Positions 40,501 through 48,810 of a stretch of 64,000 bases of DNA are shown piece after piece. Each line of letters starts with the position of its first letter. Positions within the stretch are counted from its first letter, which is position 1. The stretch comes from Pseudomonadota bacterium (GTDB lineage: Bacteria > Myxococcota > JACRCW01 > JAFGSX01). The notes under the pieces are model-generated. The model worked only from the letters and a program-made list of their open reading frames with translations, was not told where the DNA came from and made no database searches. The translations under genes and the position numbers were made by a program. Location: the NCBI GenBank assembly GCA_043821645.1, contig JBDRCO010000037.1, forward strand, positions 96,001 to 160,000, written 5' to 3'.

Positions 40501-40527
40501 GTCTCGCTGCGCTACCTCACCCCCTGA
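37522..40527 (+). CDS. Membrane-anchored Ser/Thr protein kinase (Hanks/Pkn type)
   Basis: GGMAEVF, VVIK, HRDVTLGN, DFG, GTLGYLAPE, DIYQLG; long acidic linker; TM LFAMLLLLGLLALVAGTFLL. Confidence 0.92.
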   Translation: MMTAMAPRPSFVRFGRYLLLHRLAVGGMAEVFLAIDPRAPGDRQLVVIKQIREDLCSNREFVDMFIDEVRVIDRLDHPGIVHMHEYGVVDGRSFIALEHVWGESLATLTRICADQQTRFPISAALYIASEIAAALDHAHTHLDRAGHLSPVIHRDVTLGNVVVSYQGDVKILDFGIAKAQGRLAETRAGHVKGTLGYLAPEQIRGEPVGPATDIYQLGVLLYHLVVGHPPLVEANDLELMKAIVNGRVTPPCEVNPDLPPAVEQLLLRAMALKPTERFRGAGALAEMLRQMIAPVYHEAQQRLASLMLRITGDRYQRQQEFIRGLLAGRKVEESGGSSLFEWAFNEAALETSSHGMAVETDHASLDAESTAVMPNQLLAELHQVDGHVDPPDTIVEESGFDLRIQRGFVGSSEFQPGEMRDEQTEDGDEVPEARPGRGHGAEPLGVPDLHEIETLLQEPTSPARVPKPVSGVFRSLAGGVAPRAASDERGSVFTQRRSAEQRRRDRDIADDLLTGDTAILEPAKRAGFSDEARALELELERGFGREEPRALDDDVGAAVGAALADVPASVDDLLDEPIHDQVTSPGLRDAESTVVVRQRRAALRAFSKVRSGPVAIEDAQTRLLELEPSPDEIPVAPRQVPALESTTDPGVQESLAERLMSPPDKAVLIVDPNLAAAVTAMVEAVDDREPAQQDDAQTLHRAPTAPSVRRQVRDWGSDQDPAAVTDWKTDASISVGQFRNRGARLFAMLLLLGLLALVAGTFLLNPSLLKTVRRAMARLSGTLDDGAGSPPFVPLRSDGGTLSASEGPTGADAGSADSAASGMRATERGSIHLAEEVAGQAEEGNDSEDSAGDAEEEPGVEVDAGRAARSPRVGSKVPPGEQNLARPGKHVLGSLRVQAGPGARIEYPGGGGQGETTLQVLARKARLRITVDDVVLDLQHEVVGDQIKFHVRSTPVLSLEYNGLKIGQTPKAMMLGKRFRVSLGAAERGTPIVVSLRYLTP

Positions 40528-40558
40528 TGCAGCGCCCGCGCCGCGCCGGGCACATTGC

Positions 40559-40570
40559 TGCGCTGCAGCA
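40559..40570. promoter_or_regulatory. PhaR-type box just downstream of phaB
   Basis: TGCGCTGCAGCA fits TGCRNYGCASMA; an overlapping match (TGCAGCGCAGCA) lies on the minus strand. Confidence 0.4.
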
Positions 40571-40573
40571 TCA

Positions 40574-41320
40574 TCAGTGCATGTACAGGCCTCCATTGAT
40601 CGAGACATCGCTGCCGGTGATGAAGCCTGCCTGGTCGTCGGTCAAGAAGGCCACGGTACGGCCGATCTCGTCTGGCGCTCCGAGACGGCCCACCGGCACC
40701 TGGGCCACGATCTTGGCGCGCACCTCCTCGGGCATGGCCATCACCATGTCGGTGCCGATGTAGCCCGGGGACACGGTGTTGACGGTGACGCCCTTGCGCG
40801 CTCCCTCCTGGGCCAGGGCCATGGTGAAGCCGTGAATACCGGCCTTGGCCGCGGAGTAGTTGGCCTGGCCGAACTGCCCCTTCTGCCCGTTGACCGACGA
40901 GATGTTGACGATACGGCCCCAGCCACGCTCGCACATTCCTGGAAACACCTGCTTGCTCGTGTTGAAGACGCTGTCGAGGTTGGTGCGCAGCACGGCGCTC
41001 CAGTGCGCCAGGTCCATCTTCCGGAGCATCGCGTCGCGGGTGATACCCGCATTGTTCACCAGCACTTCGACCGGTCCTCGCTCGCGTTCCACGCGCGCGA
41101 CCAGGTCCTGGCAAGAGGCGAAGTCGCTCACGTCCACGGCCTCGATGGCGACGTCGATGTCCTCGGCGCGCATGCGCCGTTGCCATTCCTGGGCCTGGCT
41201 TTCCTCTGGCGGGTAGTAGGCAGCCACCACGTGGCGTCCCTGGCGAAAAAGGGCGCGGCAGATGGCCGTACCCAGTCCTCCGTTGCCCCCGGTGACGATG
41301 GCGATGCGGCGTTCGGACAT
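40574..41320 (-). CDS. phaB: Acetoacetyl-CoA reductase (PHA synthesis)
   Basis: VTGGNGGLG, NNAGITRD, ISSVNGQKGQFGQANYSAAKAG, VSPGYIGTDMV; AAGGAGG RBS. Confidence 0.95.
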   Translation of the reverse strand: MSERRIAIVTGGNGGLGTAICRALFRQGRHVVAAYYPPEESQAQEWQRRMRAEDIDVAIEAVDVSDFASCQDLVARVERERGPVEVLVNNAGITRDAMLRKMDLAHWSAVLRTNLDSVFNTSKQVFPGMCERGWGRIVNISSVNGQKGQFGQANYSAAKAGIHGFTMALAQEGARKGVTVNTVSPGYIGTDMVMAMPEEVRAKIVAQVPVGRLGAPDEIGRTVAFLTDDQAGFITGSDVSINGGLYMH

Positions 41321-41332
41321 GATGAGCCTCCT

Positions 41333-41440
41333 TGCAATGCAGCAAATAGGAAACGAGCCGTTCTGGAGTGCCGATGGTTCCCTCGACACCTCCCAGAATA
41401 TGGACCTAGGCGATAGCACTGAAAATGATGCAATGCAACA
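41333..41440. promoter_or_regulatory. Two PhaR-type boxes upstream of phaB
   Basis: TGCAATGCAGCA at 41333-41344 and TGCAATGCAACA at 41429-41440. Confidence 0.55.
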
Positions 41441-41568
41441 ATTTGCGATCGGCGCCACTCCAGACGGGCACGGCGACCGCAACCGGGCCCGGGGACACCA
41501 CCCCCTGCTTGCGTCGAGACCGCGTCGGGGACAGCATGCCGCTTGCGGACGATCCGTAGGGAGTCCTC

Positions 41569-42702
41569 ATGCGCACCCCCAAGCCCCTTCGTATTCCACT
41601 CTTCTCCAAGCGCCGCCGCAGGCGGAGTGCTCCCGGAGCCGATCCCGGGACCCTGGTCATGGCGTCGGATCTGCCGGCGATGAAGCTCCGCCTGACCCAC
41701 TACCAGGCCGAGGTCATCGAGGAGCGCGATCTGGGGTTCGAGGAGCTACCCGCAGTCCTGGCTCAGGAGACGGGCGGAGTCACCTGGATCGACGTGCAGG
41801 GCCTGGGGGACGAGGCCAGCCTGCGGCGGGTTGGAAACGCGCTGGCACTCCATCCGCTGGTGCTCGAGGACATCGCCCATGTCCACCAGAGGCCCAAGGT
41901 GGAGGATTACGACAGCTACCTGTTCATCGTACTGCGCTGCGTGCGACTGCTCGAGGACGGGCGGGTGGACAACGAGCAGCTCAGCCTGGTGCTCAAGCAA
42001 GGAGTGCTCGTCACCTTTCAGGAGAAGGCCGGGGACGGCTTTGACGCCGTGCGACGCCGCCTGCGTGAGAACAAGGGCTCGCTGCGCAAGCAGGGCGCGG
42101 ACCACCTGGCCTGGGCGCTCATCGACGTGACCGTGGACCTGGCTTTTCCGGTGCTCGAGGCCTACGGCGAAGCCATGGACCGCATCGACGACGAGGTGCA
42201 CCAGAACCCCACGCCGCAGATCTCGCGAGGCATCCACGACATGAAGCGCGAGCTTCGCATGCTCCGGCGCGCCCTGTGGCCATTGCGCGACGTCACCAGC
42301 GCCCTGAGTCGGGATGATCTGAGCTTCCTGGGTGACAGTGCCGCCACCTTGTTCCGGGACTGCCACGATCACGCGATCCAGATGGTCGATTTCATCGATG
42401 GCAATCGCGAACGGGCCGGCGATCTGGCGGATCGCTACCTGGCTGCAGTGAGCGAGCGGACCAACCAGGTGATGAAGGTGTTGACCATCATCGCCACCAT
42501 CTTCATCCCGCTGACCTTTTTGGCCGGGATCTACGGCATGAACTTTGATACTGCAGCCAGCCCCTACAACATGCCCGAGCTGCGCTGGCGCTTTGGGTAC
42601 CTGGGCTTCTGGGTCTTCAACGTGGTGGCGGTGGTCGGCATGCTGTGGTTCTTCCGGCGCAAGGGCTGGCTGGGTGGTGGCGGCCGCCCGTCAGGTCAGT
42701 AG
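41569..42702 (+). CDS. corA: Magnesium/cobalt transporter CorA
   Basis: LHPLVLEDI..QRPKVE, TNQVMKVLT, YGMNF, MPEL.W. Confidence 0.96.
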   Translation: MRTPKPLRIPLFSKRRRRRSAPGADPGTLVMASDLPAMKLRLTHYQAEVIEERDLGFEELPAVLAQETGGVTWIDVQGLGDEASLRRVGNALALHPLVLEDIAHVHQRPKVEDYDSYLFIVLRCVRLLEDGRVDNEQLSLVLKQGVLVTFQEKAGDGFDAVRRRLRENKGSLRKQGADHLAWALIDVTVDLAFPVLEAYGEAMDRIDDEVHQNPTPQISRGIHDMKRELRMLRRALWPLRDVTSALSRDDLSFLGDSAATLFRDCHDHAIQMVDFIDGNRERAGDLADRYLAAVSERTNQVMKVLTIIATIFIPLTFLAGIYGMNFDTAASPYNMPELRWRFGYLGFWVFNVVAVVGMLWFFRRKGWLGGGGRPSGQ

Positions 42703-43272
42703 GATTTGAAAGTCGATGGCTCCGGGCGCGCTCTGCCGCATCCGCACCTGGCCCTGCTGCTCGAAGATCTCGAGGGCGCCCTCGTAGATTCCGGTCTGGT
42801 AGTACTCCGGAAAGGCGTAGGACCCACGAAGATGGATCACGGCGTGCCTGTCATTGACGATCTCGGCCTCGGCGCTGGCTGTGGTCAGCATGTTGTACAC
42901 GCGATTGACCAGCCGCACGGCGGCCATCAGGTCGCGGCCCGCGAGGGCGAAGAGGAAGGTGCCGGCGGCGCTCTGCTTGAGATTGCCGTACACCGGCAGA
43001 CCAAGCCTGCGCAGCGCTTCTCCCAGGGGTAGATCGCCATGCAGCGTGCGGGCAGCCTCGACGACAACCTGCATGAACTCCCTCAGCGGGTAGTCGGTGA
43101 ACGCGGCGTAGTGGCCGCGACCCAGGCGCTGCTGCGTCTTCTCCTCGACGGCTTTCAGCAGAGGCTTGAACATCATGCCCTTGATGGTCGAGTGTTCGGG
43201 CGTGGCTGCGATGCGTGCCTCCACGTCGATGGGAGACAAGAAATCAGGTCGTGTGAATTCTGATTCCGCCAT
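42691..43272 (-). CDS. DUF2378/TIGR02265-like myxobacterial protein
   Basis: TIKGMMF...YAAFTDYPLREF...EALRRLG...YQTGIYEGAL pattern. Confidence 0.7.
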   Translation of the reverse strand: MAESEFTRPDFLSPIDVEARIAATPEHSTIKGMMFKPLLKAVEEKTQQRLGRGHYAAFTDYPLREFMQVVVEAARTLHGDLPLGEALRRLGLPVYGNLKQSAAGTFLFALAGRDLMAAVRLVNRVYNMLTTASAEAEIVNDRHAVIHLRGSYAFPEYYQTGIYEGALEIFEQQGQVRMRQSAPGAIDFQILLT

Positions 43273-43293
43273 GAGAACTCCCCCAGGTTCGAA

Positions 43294-45267
43294 TCAGGTG
43301 CCGGGGTCCGCCAAAGGGTCCTGGCCGAGCAGGCGGCCTCGCACCACTGCCTCGAGGCCCCCGGCGACGATCAACTCCTGTGCTGCGGGCCCCAGGGCGT
43401 CGACGCGATAGCGTGCGTCGCCAAACTCCAGTACTCCAGCCACGAAGTCCACCCGGGCAGAGCGCGCGGTGTCGATGGTGAGGGCAGGGCTGTCTGCGAA
43501 GCGCGCACGCAGCGCCTCGACCAGAGCCGGGCATTCCACGACAATGAAACCATTGTTGAAGGCATTGCGCTTGTAGGTGTCGCTGAACGAGGCCGCGATG
43601 ACCAGGCGGATGCCTCGGTACTTGAGAGAAGTGGCCGCCTGCTCCCGCGACGAGCCGGAACCGAAGTTGCTGCCCGCGACGAGGATGTCGCCGCCGCGGG
43701 CGATGTTCTGAAACTCCGGGTCGTAGTTGAGCATGGCCACGGCCGCCATCTGCTCCGGCGTCAGGTCGTCCTTGTAAGTGTAGTCCTTGCCGTAGATGCC
43801 GTCGGTGTTGAGGTTGTTCTTGTCGAGCCACAACACGCGGCCCTCGACCAGAGCCGGAAAGCCGTCAAGCAAGCCCCCCTCCACCTCGGTCTGTCCCTCG
43901 TCGCGGCGGTGCTCCTCGAACGAAGCACGCAGCTCCTGTGCAGGCCTCGCGTCCGGTGCGGCGATATGGCCGGCCGCCGCGGAGGCGGCGACCACGGCTG
44001 GCGAGGCCAGGTAGACCTGGGCCTCGCGCGAGCCCATGCGTCCCTTGAAGTTGCGGTTGGTGGCCGAGACGCCGACCTCGCCCGCCTCCAGCAGGCCCTC
44101 GCCGAGGCCGATGCAGGCGCCGCAACCGGCTGGCAGTTCGCGGGCCCCGGCCTGCACCAGCACCTGCCAGTGCCCGGCCGCTCGTACCCTGTCCTCTATC
44201 TCTCGCGACGCCGCCGCGATGTAGAGCTGCACGCCCGGGGCGACCTGCTTGCCACGCAAGACGTTGGCGGCTGCTGCGAAGTCCTCGGCGCGGCCGCCCA
44301 CGCAGGACAGCAGGTAGGCCTTCTGGATGGCCACGTGCCGTGCCTCGATCTCGGGCAGGGCGACCATGCGCTTGACCTCGTCAGGTCCGGACACGTGGGG
44401 CGTCACCGAGCCCAGGTCCAGGCTCAGGATCCTGGAGTAGAAGGCCTCGGGGTCCGCTCGAGGGCTGTCGTCGCACACCTGCTCGACGACGGAGAGCGGG
44501 AGACGAGGCCTCGCATCGCCGCGCTCGACCATCACCTGGGCTCGGCCGCGCAGGAACGCCCGGGTCACCTCGTCGCAGGGGAAGACGCCAGCCAGGGCGC
44601 CCCATTCCGTCGACATGTTGGCGATGGCGAGGCGCTGGTCCATGGTCAGGCTTGCCAGGCCTTCACCCGCGAACTCGACGGCGCAGTTGAGTACCTCGTC
44701 GTGATTGAAGTGACCGCACAGCGCGATGATCACATCCTTGCCACTCACTCCGGGTTGCAGGCTTCCCTCGAGGATCACCTGGACCACCGTCGGCACCTGC
44801 CACCAGGTTTCACCCGTGGCCCAGATGGCCGCCGCGTCGGTGCGGACCACGGGAGTGCCCAGCGCGCCCACGCCGCCATACAGGTTGCTGTGCGAGTCCG
44901 AGGCCACCACCAGGGTACCCGGCAGGGCGAAGCCCTCATCGACGACGAGCTGGTGACCGATGCCATGCCCGGCGCCAAAGAAAGCGATGCCCTGCTCGCG
45001 GGCGAAGGCCTCGATGGCGGCGTACTTCGCCAGGTTCTTTGGATCCTTGTTCTGCACGTCATGATCGAGCGCGAAGACGGGCTGCGCCGGATCGTGCACC
45101 CGTGTTGCACCCAGCGACCTGAACTTGGGCAGCACCGCGCCGGTATTGTCGTGGGTCATCACGTGAAAGGGTCGCACCCGGACAAACTGGCCTGCGTGAA
45201 CCTGCTCCCCGGGCGAGAGGCCCACGGCGAAGCGCTGTGTGATCTTCTCGACGATGTTCTGTGGCAT
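43294..45267 (-). CDS. lysF: Single-chain homoaconitase (fungal Lys4/LysF type)
   Basis: MTHDN, DHDVQN, ASDSHSNLYGG.GALGTPVVRTDAA.IWATG.TWWQ, SC + CGACIGLG, SATNRNFKGRMG, NTDGIY, NFGSGSSREQAA. Confidence 0.85.
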   Translation of the reverse strand: MPQNIVEKITQRFAVGLSPGEQVHAGQFVRVRPFHVMTHDNTGAVLPKFRSLGATRVHDPAQPVFALDHDVQNKDPKNLAKYAAIEAFAREQGIAFFGAGHGIGHQLVVDEGFALPGTLVVASDSHSNLYGGVGALGTPVVRTDAAAIWATGETWWQVPTVVQVILEGSLQPGVSGKDVIIALCGHFNHDEVLNCAVEFAGEGLASLTMDQRLAIANMSTEWGALAGVFPCDEVTRAFLRGRAQVMVERGDARPRLPLSVVEQVCDDSPRADPEAFYSRILSLDLGSVTPHVSGPDEVKRMVALPEIEARHVAIQKAYLLSCVGGRAEDFAAAANVLRGKQVAPGVQLYIAAASREIEDRVRAAGHWQVLVQAGARELPAGCGACIGLGEGLLEAGEVGVSATNRNFKGRMGSREAQVYLASPAVVAASAAAGHIAAPDARPAQELRASFEEHRRDEGQTEVEGGLLDGFPALVEGRVLWLDKNNLNTDGIYGKDYTYKDDLTPEQMAAVAMLNYDPEFQNIARGGDILVAGSNFGSGSSREQAATSLKYRGIRLVIAASFSDTYKRNAFNNGFIVVECPALVEALRARFADSPALTIDTARSARVDFVAGVLEFGDARYRVDALGPAAQELIVAGGLEAVVRGRLLGQDPLADPGT

Positions 45268-45457
45268 GGGAGGCCTCTTTTGGCTGGAAAACTCTTCTGA
45301 CCGTCCCCGGTCGACGCAGCCAGGTGTTTGAGTTCAGAGAACTTCATGCTACAACGCAACGCGTCAGAAAGGCTGAATGGGGGTGCGATCAGCCTTTCGA
45401 GGGCGCAGATTGCCGGGCCCGTGCTGGGCGGGCAATCGTCAACAGCAGGAGCATCGC

Positions 45458-47692
45458 ATGCCGCTCAAGCAGCTCTCCCTGGTCAGCATCATCACCCTCG
45501 GCGTCACCGCCATCCTGGGCGTCTTCGCAGGCACCCCGGTTGCGGTGGGCTTCCTGTTCGTGGCGGCCTTCGCCATCGCCATCTTCAACTTCGCGCGGCT
45601 GGTCAAGCTGGTGACCATCGGCAAGCACGAGCCGCTTTTCGACCGCATGATCGATCGCGTCGAAGCCGTGCTCTACTACGTGTTCCGTGAAAAGAAGCTG
45701 CTCGAGGACGAGCCCGCCGGCGTCATGCACCTGTTCTTTTTTTACGGCTTCGTGGTGCTCAGCATCGGTCACTTCGAGCTCGTCATCCGCGCTGTGACCC
45801 GGCCCTTCGTCGAGGGAGGCCTGGGGTTCCACCTGCTCAATGGCATGGGTGGCTTTGGCACGGGCGTCTACCACGTTTTCCTTTTCTCGCAGGATCTGGC
45901 TGCGGCCTGCATCATCCCTGTGTCGGTGCTGGCCCTGGCCCGACGATGGGTGGGCAAGCCCGTGCGTCTGCTGCCGCGCAGCCAGGACGCCGAGAACATC
46001 CTGTGGTTCATCGTGTTCCTGTACCTGACCTTCTTCATGCTCAATGGCGCCGAGGTCACACTGGGTGATCCTTACGGCTGGTTCCGTCCGGGCTCGTTCT
46101 GGTCGGCGGTACTGTTCTTTGGTGTGCCGGACCTGGTCGCCTCGCCTCTATTCGGCATGGTGTCGACGGACAACGTGCACCTGTGGCTGGAGATCAGCTT
46201 CTGGAGTCACCTGCTGATCTTCCTCGCTTTCCTCAACTACCTGCCCTACTCCAAACACCTGCACCTGCTGGCCGCGTTCCCCAACATCTACCTGCGACGC
46301 TTCGCACCCCGAGGCCAGCCCTCGACCCTGGACTTCGAGAACACCGAGACCTTCGGCGTCAGCCGCGCCGAGCAGTTCAGCTTCAAGACCCTGCTGGACG
46401 GTTTTGCATGCACCGAGTGCTCGCGCTGCAACGACGTGTGTCCAGCGCACCTGACGAGCAAGCCGCTCAAGCCCAAGAAGGTCGTGCACGACCTCAAGGT
46501 GAATCTGTACCGCAACGAGCAGGTGCTGGTGCCCTGGAAGGATGCATGGCTCAAGGCCAAGAAAGAGGGCGCCGAGGCTCTGCCCGAGGCCCCCGAGGAG
46601 CGCCCCGCAGCGCTCATCGTGCGCGACGAGGTCGAGAAGAAGCAGCTTGGCCACATGGGCAAGTACCCCAACGACGGCCAGCTACACGTCGACGAGGTGT
46701 GGAGCTGCACCACATGCGGCGCCTGCGCCGAGGTGTGCCCCGTGCTCATCGAGAGCGTGCCGGTTTCTCTCATCGATGTGCGTCGCCACCTGGTGATGAT
46801 GGAGGCGGACTTCCCGCAGGAACTCACGGCCTGCTTCAAGGGCATGGAGGTCCAGGGTAACCCCTGGAGCATAGGTGGCGACAAGCGCGAGGAGTGGTGC
46901 GAGGGTCTCGACGTCAAGAAGATGCGCGAGCTCGGCGACGACGAGACCGTGGACTATTTGTTCTGGGTGGGTTGCGCCGGTGCCACCGACGATCGCGCCA
47001 AGAAGATCCAGGTCGCCTTCGTCAAGATCATGCAGGCGGCGGGCGTGTCCTTTGCCATCCTGGGGACCGAGGAGAAGTGCAACGGCGATCCCGCGCGGCG
47101 CATGGGTAACGAGTACCTGTACCTGCAGCTGGTCGAGGAGAATCGCGCGGTCTTCGACGCCTACAAGGGCAAGTTCAAGAAGATGGTCACGGCCTGTCCG
47201 CACTGCCTCAACGCGTTCAAAAACGACTACCCGCAGTTCGACATCCAGCTCGACATCATCCACCACACCGAGCTCATCCAGCAGCTCATCGAGCACAAGA
47301 AGATCCGGCTCAACGGCACTCCCGAGAAGGGAGCACTCACCTTCCACGACCCCTGCTACCTGGGCCGCTACAACGGGGTGTACGAGCAGCCGCGGCAGAT
47401 CCTGCAGCACATAGACGGCGTCGATCTGCGCGAGATGGAGCGCCATACCAAGAAGTCCTTCTGCTGTGGCGCGGGCGGTGGCCGCATGTGGATGGAGGAG
47501 CACCTGGGCGAGCGCGTCAACAACAACCGCACCCAGCAAGCCATGGACACCGGGGCCAAGACCATCTGCGTGGCCTGTCCCTTCTGCATGACCATGCTCG
47601 AGGATGGCACCAAGGCCAAGAACGTCGAGGAAGAGATCAAGGTCCTCGACGTGGCCGAGATCGTGGCACGGCACCTGTCTTCTCCTGAGTGA
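45458..47692 (+). CDS. Membrane Fe-S oxidoreductase (FadF/HdrD-like: TM + 2x[4Fe-4S] + CCG domains)
   Basis: YSKHLH, CTECSRCNDVCP, CTTCGACAEVCP, WVGC, TACPHC, HDPCYLGR, CCGAGGG, ACPFC. Confidence 0.92.
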   Translation: MPLKQLSLVSIITLGVTAILGVFAGTPVAVGFLFVAAFAIAIFNFARLVKLVTIGKHEPLFDRMIDRVEAVLYYVFREKKLLEDEPAGVMHLFFFYGFVVLSIGHFELVIRAVTRPFVEGGLGFHLLNGMGGFGTGVYHVFLFSQDLAAACIIPVSVLALARRWVGKPVRLLPRSQDAENILWFIVFLYLTFFMLNGAEVTLGDPYGWFRPGSFWSAVLFFGVPDLVASPLFGMVSTDNVHLWLEISFWSHLLIFLAFLNYLPYSKHLHLLAAFPNIYLRRFAPRGQPSTLDFENTETFGVSRAEQFSFKTLLDGFACTECSRCNDVCPAHLTSKPLKPKKVVHDLKVNLYRNEQVLVPWKDAWLKAKKEGAEALPEAPEERPAALIVRDEVEKKQLGHMGKYPNDGQLHVDEVWSCTTCGACAEVCPVLIESVPVSLIDVRRHLVMMEADFPQELTACFKGMEVQGNPWSIGGDKREEWCEGLDVKKMRELGDDETVDYLFWVGCAGATDDRAKKIQVAFVKIMQAAGVSFAILGTEEKCNGDPARRMGNEYLYLQLVEENRAVFDAYKGKFKKMVTACPHCLNAFKNDYPQFDIQLDIIHHTELIQQLIEHKKIRLNGTPEKGALTFHDPCYLGRYNGVYEQPRQILQHIDGVDLREMERHTKKSFCCGAGGGRMWMEEHLGERVNNNRTQQAMDTGAKTICVACPFCMTMLEDGTKAKNVEEEIKVLDVAEIVARHLSSPE

Positions 47693-48699
47693 GTGCTCCG
47701 TCGCATCGCGAACGCTGCCTGGGCAGCCTCCTCGGCCTCGCCATCGGCGACGCCCTGGGCTATCCCCACGAGTTCCGCCGCTGTGAGCAGGTGCGTCGCG
47801 AGATCGCCCCCGCAGGCCTGACGGATTTCGTACGGCTACAGGACCCCCGCTTCTCGCGCCCTTTCTTCACGGGGCCCGACCATCCACCCGGCACCTTCAC
47901 CGACGACACCCAGATGAGCATTGCCCTGGCCGAGGGTCTGCTCGACGTGGACCCGGTCGCGGATCTGGACACCCTGATGCAGGCCATCGCGCGCCGCTTC
48001 ATCCAGTGGTCGCGCTCCGAGGACAACAACCGCGCACCGGGCTCCGCCTGCATGACGGGCTGCGCCAACCTGGGCCGCGGTGTGCCCTGGCGCGAGGCGG
48101 GCGTGGCCGACTCCAAGGGCTGCGGCAGCGCCATGCGCGTGGCGCCGCTCGGACTGGTGAGCAATGACCTGGACTGGGTCGCCGACACCGCTCGCGCGTC
48201 CAGCCTGTTGACCCACGGCCATCCGGCCGCCCTCGAAGGCGCCGCCGCCTGCGCGCTGATGGTCGCGCTGGCGCGCCAGGATCTCGATCCCACGGCGATC
48301 CACGACGAGGTCGCGCGCCGCTGCGGCGGCCGTAGCCCGGACTTCGATGCCGTGTGGCGGCGTGTACCGCTGGCTATCGGCAGGGAGCCCGACGAGACCC
48401 TGGTCGAATTCTCACGAGGCCCCCTGTGCCTGGGCGAGTCCTGGGTTGCCGAGGAGGCCGCGGCCAGTGCCCTGTACTGCTTCTGGCGCCACCCCGACAA
48501 CTACAGGGCCGCCGTGCTCGAGGGCATCAACACCGATGGCGATTCGGACTCCATCGGCGCCATTGCCGGCAGCGTGCTTGGTGCCCGCGTGGGCCTTGCC
48601 GGCCTCCCCGAGCCCTGGGTGCAGGGTGTCGAGAACAGCACTGGCCTTCAAGATCTGGCGCGACGCCTGGCCTCCCGGCTGACCTCTGGAGCCAGCTGA
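47689..48699 (+). CDS. ADP-ribosylglycohydrolase (DraG/ARH family)
   Basis: GLAIGDALG, FTDDTQM, GCGSAMR, TH, GDSDSIGAIAG; GTGA overlap with upstream gene. Confidence 0.93.
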   Translation: MSAPSHRERCLGSLLGLAIGDALGYPHEFRRCEQVRREIAPAGLTDFVRLQDPRFSRPFFTGPDHPPGTFTDDTQMSIALAEGLLDVDPVADLDTLMQAIARRFIQWSRSEDNNRAPGSACMTGCANLGRGVPWREAGVADSKGCGSAMRVAPLGLVSNDLDWVADTARASSLLTHGHPAALEGAAACALMVALARQDLDPTAIHDEVARRCGGRSPDFDAVWRRVPLAIGREPDETLVEFSRGPLCLGESWVAEEAAASALYCFWRHPDNYRAAVLEGINTDGDSDSIGAIAGSVLGARVGLAGLPEPWVQGVENSTGLQDLARRLASRLTSGAS

Positions 48700-48810
48700 C
48701 AGGTGCCCTCTCTCCGCTCCGTCAACCGACCGATGCTCCTCGCTCCTACCGATGGAGGTGGATATCCCACCTGCTAGCGTGAACCGATGTCAGGGGGCGA
48801 GGAGCGGTTC

